A DNA stretch of 64,000 nucleotides. Source: Flaccisagitta enflata (lineage: Eukaryota). Positions within the stretch are counted from its first letter, which is position 1; every line of letters begins with the position of its first letter. The position numbers were made by a program, and so were the translations under genes. The notes below the pieces were generated by a model. That model was not told where the DNA came from. It searched no databases and worked only from the letters and a program-made list of their open reading frames with translations. Shown here piece by piece: positions 56,180 through 64,000 of this stretch. The DNA lies in NCBI GenBank assembly GCA_965153355.1, contig OZ231126.1, positions 12,152,001 through 12,216,000 on the forward strand, given 5' to 3'.

Positions 56180-58046
56180 GCCCCGCCTCCCGATTCGTCT
56201 CCATGCATGTTTGATAGTAATGGTTATTTCTCTCTCGATAAAAGTGCCGAGTGAAATAACCTTTCCCGTTTTCGCGTTTCATTTGAGGACTTCGTCTTTC
56301 GTCTTTCGTCTTTCGTCTCCTTTAAGCATTTCTCTTCTCAGCATTTCATCTCCCTTTTTTTAGCCCTGCACCTGCGTTTAGGACCCCACTCAGTTACAGT
56401 TGCACCCCGGTGCAACTAAGTTTTTATTTGGTATAAAGTCTTTGTTCCTTTTTCTGGTTTTTAGTCACTTGCTGTGTCAGTCAGTCCATTGGTCAGTTGG
56501 TCGGTCTATCACAAATGTTTTTGAATTGCGAGCTGTTTTTGCATTACGGCTCCTACCCAACCATCCACGACTATCTTGTCATGTTTGCAGCCATGTTTTT
56601 TCTTATTAGCTAAAACAAAATCTCGCCTCATACCGATATATTTTGTTTTTCCCCAGAAATCCGTTAGAACGATATTTAACTGTACTTCGTTAACCCCACT
56701 CAGTTACTTAGTTACTCTCACTAATCATGCTCAGCTGCTGGGGGACTCTTCCTCTGCCCCTACTATTACTAGCTAGGAGCTCTACTTGGAATCGTAATCC
56801 CCTACCACCCTATGCGCCAAACCCTTGCATAGGCATTTTTTTTTCTGCTCCTGCCCCAGTGCCCCATCTGCGCGTAGGACCCGTCGTATGTTTTCATCCA
56901 CCTTTTCTTTTCCCCTGCCCACCGGTGTCAATTCTTGTTTAGCATACTTCTACATGTAATGATCTTTCAAATGTATGCATGGCCTTAGACTTTATTTATT
57001 CATATATTTGATTTCACGCTCTACGTCGGTTGGCCTCAAGTTTCTCACATCTTCTTTAACATCTCGTTAAAAATAAAATTCATGACAGAGAAAAGGAGAA
57101 ATTCTGTTCCCTCATATTCATTCATTCGCCGAAATAGTTGTTTTTAAAAGTTTAAAAACATTTCGTATATACTAGTGAGTTGCTTTGATTTATGCTCCAC
57201 AAGAGGAAATAAAAAGAAAAAGATCCAGTAGCATTTGCCAAAATATGTGAATTGCTTTTGTTTTGATACGCGGTAACTTGTTAGTATCTCTTTTATGAAA
57301 ATATTCATTATTTTTTTTTCAATAACAAAGAAGTAGTAATGCAAAATACCCTCATAAGCGAATAATATTATGAGGTTTATGTTATTGTTGTGGATGGGCT
57401 ATAGTAACGGCGGAAAACTGCATTGTGAAGGTCAATCAAGAATTGAATAAAAAAAATAATCAAAGGAAAGCTATAAGAATCTTAAAAACCTTTTAAGAAA
57501 GTGCCACGTTGAAGTGAATCGCTCAACGCTATTCTTAAAAGAAAAAAAATTATTTCATTCTCCTTTCGAGCCAGATATAAGTTGTTCCCCGTGGTGGTCT
57601 CTGTTTTACTACTCACTTTCAATCTCGGATATTCTTAAACAAGTCATAAACCGTCAGAAAAGGGATGCCTGAATATACGGCGGGAGGACCAACCGCGCGA
57701 TCTCACCTCAATTCATATAACTGTGAAACATTTTTATTTTGGCTGAGTTATTGCCTAATTTTATCGTTCTAGCTAATTTTTTTTTCTTTTTTTTTTTTTT
57801 GTCTTGCCTGAAGTTTGGGCCTGAAGTTGGGTGCAAAAACTGTGTAGTGAATACGTATGTTGAGATGCGAGTTGAAATCAGTTGTAGTATCATCAATAGG
57901 CAGATCTGTAGAAGGGGGGGAGGATAAGTTTTTATTTACATTGTCAAGTTCTCAAATTGAAAAAAAAAAGTTTTTTTGGTTTTCTTTTTTTTCCCTCTCA
58001 CTATATCCATTCTTGAATTCACTGGTTTACATCATCGTTAGTCACA

Positions 58047-58272
58047 GAAATGTATTTTCCCTCTTTTACTTGTAACTTTTACTTTTACATCAATGAAATG
58101 TATTTTCCCTCTTTTACTTTTAGACTTTTACTTTTACATCAATGAAGTGTATTTTCCCTCTTTTACTTGTAACTTTTACTTTTACATCAATGAAATGTAT
58201 TTTCCCTCTTTTACTTTGAGACTTTTACTTTAACATCAATGAAATGTATTTTCCTTCTTTTACTTTTAGACT
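58047..58272. repeat. 48/49-bp minisatellite forming the 3' splice site of the ankyrin exon
   Basis: Units start at 58047, 58095, 58144, 58192 and 58241 (gaaatgtattttccctcttttact...). Confidence 0.9.
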
Positions 58273-58356
58273 GCGCTTCATTGGGCGGCCAAATCGGGTC
58301 AAATCGAAGTGGTGAAGCTCGTGGCCGGATGCGGCGCTGATGTCAACGCTAAATCG
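58270..58356 (+). CDS. sowah: sowah ankyrin-repeat exon
   Basis: tacttttag| and |gtaagt; TALHWAAKSGQIEVVKLVAGCGADVNAKS is a canonical ankyrin repeat; phase 0-0. The gene continues beyond the window. Confidence 0.92.
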
Positions 58357-60076
58357 GTAAGTCCTCCATCAGATGTGGCAAAGTTCGATACCCGCGTCGG
58401 TGGGTAAGGACCGATGTTAGCCCCGGATGGTATTCAAGTCGTGAGCGAGGAGGCAGGGACAGCGAGATATAGCAATGAGATCCCAATGTCAACGCTAAGT
58501 AGGAGTTCTAAAGGCGCTAAGTGTAGCGAGCCAAGCTGCTGGCTGCAGAAATGGTTCATTTCGTCCCCAGTTCGCTCGATTTGTTCTGTATCAGGATGAG
58601 ACCGAAAAGATACGAAAATTGTAAGGATATAACGTCTGTTACACATAATGGGTGATGAAGGCAGACTATGAACAGGAAGAAAAAAAAATTATATGATCAT
58701 TGGTCAATACTACATGGTATTGTTACAAGTTGTGAAAACAAGTAACACGAGGGCCGGGCAGGGATGCAAACTTCCCCCCCCCCTCCACCCACTTCCCCCG
58801 ACCCCCAAACTCACGCGCTGCGCCTCAAATGCGCTTTTTCCACACTTTTTGCATTTTGCTTAACGGATCTTTGGAGCGACAGACAGACCAACGCAAAAAT
58901 GGACGGACGGACAAAGCCTCGTGTAGAGTTGCAACCTAAGAATTATGATGACTATACAAGGCAGACAAGATTAAGCCGTCTAAGGAGTCGTTCTGAGTAT
59001 CAAACCTCAACTTGCCTCTGTTAGTGGAACTTCTTAAAATAAAGGCAGAATACATACAGGTGGCTTTTTTTTTCTTTTTTTTTCAAACCAAGATTGTTAC
59101 GGCTCACCTTATTGATAATTTCTCAATGTTGACAATTTTTGGTTCGACCACCAAAGCCGCCGTTGAAAATTTCCCCACTCTTGTCATCTCTCCTGCCTTT
59201 TTCGAGGGGTGTCTTATCGCGGAGGTCCTTCAATTTGGCGGATATATTGTGTTTTCAGCCTGTCAGCCCTGTCCCCCTTTTTGAGAGTTCATTGCACTGT
59301 GGTATGAGTCCCTCAATGTACCGGATAGGAGCGACACAGCACCTCTCTACGAGGTCCATCAATCTATATTGGTGCATTTGTCCGTTGATAGCTCATGTTC
59401 ATAGTGACAGCTCCTAGCACACCATATTGGCCATACATGCAGCCTTGTTTTGCCTGTTTATCCTGCGCCCCCCCCCCCCCCGCATCTCCTCTCCCCCAGC
59501 TCCTAGAGATTCTCTGCTAATCAGCTTGAGTGCGTTTGGTGTCATTTTTAAGAAGGCAAATGTATGTATGGTATTTTCCTATCCGTTTTTGACGCAAAGA
59601 TGTGCGCAAAATCCTCCTGGGTGTGAACCATAATTTTGAAAGCTATCCCTGTGTGGGCATTTGGGTCGCTTTACTATTTGTATCATTTCCGTTATTATCT
59701 TTAAGTCAAACTGAGAAGGGTTCATAATAGAAGGCGTAAGTATTGTTAAGCGCTTCCTACTAATCGACTTACAAGCTTCGGATAAACGAAATTTGGGGTG
59801 GCGTCAGTTCAGTTAACGTTTTTATTTACGATGTAAAATTCTACAGAGCTGATCGCCGAGCCTTCATCTTAATCGGTGTGCTCATTTGGCTTTTGAAATG
59901 CGAGTTTATTTTGCTTCAGAGAAGTGACAGCAACTCCTCAGAGGAAGATGGTCCGTTCAACACTATTAAAATGGGGTTGAGTTAGGTAGAATATAATTCA
60001 AGTGTAAATTTTTATTGTGTCTTATTCTAAGACAGGTGAGGGGCATCTTATGGCACGGAAGTGGTACAAATTGACA

Positions 60077-60312
60077 TACCATCTTGGCGGAAAGAAACGC
60101 GACAGTTGCTAAAAGTAGTATCAACTTTGGAGGAGTGCTGCTCTTAAACGGAATAAGCTACAGAGCCCAGATTGGGCCCATTTTAAAGGTCTGATTCAAA
60201 TCTTCAAATGAGACCAAGTTGAAGTCTTTAGCTTTATTCATTTAGGAGCAGCGCTCTTTCAAAGTTGTTGCTAGTTTTAGCAACTGTCGCGTTTCTGTCC
60301 GCCAAGATAGTA
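60077..60312. mobile_element. Palindromic TA-flanked MITE
   Basis: taccatcttggcggaaagaaacgcgacagttgctaaaa ... ttttagcaactgtcgcgtttctgtccgccaagatagta. Confidence 0.85.
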
Positions 60313-60908
60313 GAAATGTTATCAAACGCCACATTTGTCGCATGTAGTTTTGTAGAAATGGAGATTGACAAACCCATGAATATTCAAGCACAAATGGATT
60401 TTCCATCAAAAGCATTCTTCTGCCTTCCGACTTCCTACCATCTCAACTCTGCTTTACATCCCTTCATCACTCCTTTTCACTTTCTTTCTGTCTCTTGTCT
60501 TATTTTCTTACTTCCCTCTTTCTTACCACATTTTAGATATTTTTAGTTTTGCCTTTCTCTTTCTTAATTTTTTTCTTTGTTTGTCTTTCTTTTTTTCTTT
60601 CTTTCTTTCTCTCCCTTGCTGTCTTTTTTGTCTGTCTGTCTGTCTGTCTCTTTCTGTTAGACGTCGGAGAGTCGAATATTCTGTTTTGCCACGTCCTCGG
60701 CTTGGCTTTGCGACGCTGCGATTTTTGAGAGGTTTTGTGGGACAGCGGCTTTGATACAGAGAAACCCCCAAAGAAACCCCCGGCTTTGATATAGAGAAAC
60801 CCCCGGATTTTATGAGGATTAAAAGATCACCGAACATTTTCTCCTTCGGTGTTAAACCAATTTTTTACTCGCCATTTCCCAATGTTTTGCATCGTGTCAT
60901 CTCTCTCT

Positions 60909-61043
<135 letters not shown>

Positions 61044-61245
61044 TTCTTGCATCTCTTTCAATCTTTGTCTCCGTCTGTCTTTGTCATACACTATCGCTGT
61101 ATCTCTTCTATGATTCGTTTCTTTATGTGTGTGCGTGTGTGTGTCTGTCAGTCAGTCATTCACAGTTTCCGCATCTCTCCTACGATTCGTGTGTGTGTGT
61201 CTGTGTGTGTGTGTGTGTTTGTCTGTGTATGTGTGTGTCTGTCTG

Positions 61246-61334
<89 letters not shown>

Positions 61335-62322
61335 GTTGTATCAGTGGCGGTTATCATCTGACGTCGGTTTCCTTTGCCACTTCAAGTAGAAGGGATTCTA
61401 GATTCATTTTCGATCCTTTAATAGAATCAAGTCCGCCTCAAATCTCTTACGCTTCCTCCCTCCTCCTCTTCCTCCTCCCCTCCTCCTTCCTCCTGTGCCT
61501 TCTCTGTAAACATCACCCACCTCGTTTTCCTTTCACCTCCGTTGGCATGTGTGTGTGTGTAGTTGTGTAACTTTTGTATGTGTATGCGCCGGGATTCGCC
61601 TTCTCTCTTTCTTTTCCACCGACTTAATACCGAGGTTTAGTTAAACAAAATTACTATTTAATCCCTCAGATGTCCTTGGACAAATTGGACACAAAGTTTC
61701 TTTTGTTATGTGTACCGCAACACATTTTCTTACCTCAACACCTGGCCTAGAGATCGAGTTGACCTGTTATTAATGTCCGCTTACGATCATCATTTTTTAA
61801 CCATATGTCCGCCATATCATCGATCGTCTATGTTTCAAATTTCACGTTGATAGCTTAAATAGTTTAGAAGTTATGACAATTTTACTTATCGTAATCAACT
61901 CCTCTGAAGGCGACGCACTTTAATTTTCTTTCTTCTTTGAACTCAACTGCCTTGACAAAGTCATAAGTTTCAAACACAAGTTTGAATTATGCACAAGTTG
62001 AGAATCGACCGCTGCCTGCTTAAGAACGCGCGCGATAAGTTTTCTGCGCAACGTAAATTACAATTCACTCTTTATTTCTGTAATTGTAAAGATCAACTTT
62101 GAAATTTCACTGTGACCAAACAAATTGGAGTTAACACCTAAGATTTAAGGTAACAGTACAGAATTTCCCCCTCTTTCTAGTAATGTTAATGAATTATCTG
62201 TTAACCATTACATAATGCCGAAACAGCATGAAATAAAGCAGGGCGGCGCCGTCGATTCAGCGGTGGATTCAACGCAAATCTAATTGTACGGCGCGGCGGG
62301 GAAGGATTATTTAAACCAAGAG

Positions 62323-62427
62323 GAAGAAGAAGAAGCAGAAGAAGAAGAAGAAGAAGAAGAAGAAGAAGAAGAAGAAGAAGAAGAAGAAGAAGAAGAAGAA
62401 GAAGAAGAAGAAGAAGAAGAAGAAGAA
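62323..62427. repeat. (GAA)n microsatellite followed by degenerate GAC/GAT triplets
   Basis: Direct reading. Confidence 0.95.
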
Positions 62428-63287
62428 CTCAAAGACAACAATGATGACTAAGACGAAGACAATGACGAAGACGATGATGACAAAGACGTCAAAGACGACG
62501 AAGACGACGAAGACGTTGATAACGATGACGACGAAGACGTTGATAACGACAAAGACGATGAACGATTCACGATGAACGATTCACGATGAACCGTGAGGAC
62601 AAAGACGAAAAAGAAGAAAACAGGAAAAAAAGAGAAAGAAAGAAACAAGCGGAAAAAAATAGTGAAAGAGGGAGAAAAAAAGAGGAAACCTGGGGGAAAG
62701 AAGAAAAAACTGGAAAACACAGCCGTATACACGGCGGCATTAGTCGCGGACGGGTGGGTGACGTGACCTTGATTCCTTGCAGAAAAAAAAACCTCAAACA
62801 CAGCCCCTGCACACCCGCACGCGACTGGGGTAGCCGTGTATCCGGCCTTGTTTCTATGTGTGACGTCTAGTTTTGAAAGGTTTATCGGCAAACCAACTCA
62901 AAATATTTCTCAGCGATGCGTTCATATGCTTTAGTATACATAACGCAACAAATCTGACAAGCAAGCCCGACCTGAATGCGGTATTGGATTCCTATATATT
63001 GCCTCCTCATGACATGAGCCCCACCTAAATTTCATGTAACCGTAATGTAACCTGAGCCATATTCATCAGTTCCTGCTCCGAACCAGCGTTTTCAGTCATT
63101 TTACAATTTTATGGTCCATTTCTAATATTTTGCAAATTGAAATGTCGAAAAGGTTATTGATTTCGCGCTAGATGAACTCTAGAATGCATCTGAAAACGCG
63201 CGGGGAAATGTTACCGTTTTTTTTTTTGCAAATTTCAACCAAATCTAAAAAAAGTATTATTATTGGCATGGAATAAATGAGAAACCA

Positions 63288-63984
63288 TTTTTGGGCAGCG
63301 GCCCCGAAGGGGCCGATGACCTATGCTTTCACACATAGGGGAAATTTCTCCTCCTCCTTCTTCTTTCTTCTTCTCCTTCTCCGTCCCCCCCCTTGAGGCC
63401 GAAATCCTAGTCTGGAGGCCCAATCCTAGTCTGGAGGCCCAAATCCTAGTCTTGAGACCCGAATTCTAGTCTTGAGACCCAAATCCTAGCCTCGAGGCCC
63501 AAATCCTAGCCTCGAGGCACAAATCCTAGCCTAGAGGCCCAAATCCTGGCCTCAAGGCCCAAATCCTAGCCTCAGGGCTAAAACCCCAGCCCCGAGGCTC
63601 ATATCCCAGCCTCAAGGCTCAAATCCCAGCCTCAAGTTTCAAATCCCAGCCTAAAGGCTTGAATCCCAGCCTCAAAGCTCAAATCCCAGTCTCAAGGCTT
63701 AAATCCCAGCCTCTGAGGATCAAATCCCAGCCTCTAGGCTCAAATTCCAGGCTCGAGGCTCAAATCCTAAGCTCCAGGCTCAAATCCCAGTCTCCAGGCT
63801 CAAATACCAGTCTCCAGGCTCAAATACCAGTCTCCAGGCCCTAATTCCAGCCTTGAAGTTCAAATAAAAACAGCATCGGTCATCGGCCCCTTCGGGGCTG
63901 CTGCCCCTCTAACCCCCTCACAACCACATGCACTCACCTAGGGGCAACGGGTACCGCTGACCATCTGACGCTTTTGCGACTATT
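63288..63984 (+). mobile_element. Complete minisatellite-carrying element with 20-bp array
   Basis: Inverted repeats gggcagcggccccgaaggggccgatgacc and ggtcatcggccccttcggggctgctgccc flank the aaatcccagcctcaaggctc array; the tail matches 4690-4742. Confidence 0.85.
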
Positions 63985-64000
63985 AAAGAATGCAGAGGCA

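Noticed and set aside
59725-60041. Possible microexons after the ankyrin exon (aaggc|gtaagt near 59735; acag|gtgagg near 60035)
   Set aside because: Lengths are not multiples of three, acceptors are poor, and they do not encode the residues expected before the next TPLH motif.

Overview
AT-rich animal (invertebrate-type) genomic DNA with spliceosomal introns, dense in microsatellites and non-autonomous transposons; most ORFs in the supplied track are repeat artefacts. Two genes can be read on the + strand. (1) About 670-2551: 3' exons of a discoidin/F5-8C-like plus calcium-binding EGF gene with an in-frame TAA in one exon. (2) From 9523 to beyond the window end: a Sosondowah (sowah) ankyrin-repeat gene, of which 14 phase-compatible GT-AG exons can be assembled by hand. 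The most striking signal is in its ankyrin region: the motif KDFISGYTALHWAAK is split over a 12-nt microexon (DFIS), two separate 3-nt single-codon microexons (GGC=G, TAC=Y) and a 26.8-kb intron. One sowah exon can also be read as 15 nt, 981 nt or as a terminal exon. The introns hold nested MITEs, Helentron/DINE-1-like elements carrying different minisatellites, a palindromic MITE with RFX X-boxes, and unique islands that may be Iroquois enhancers. All exon calls are manual and lack transcript support; repeat boundaries are approximate.
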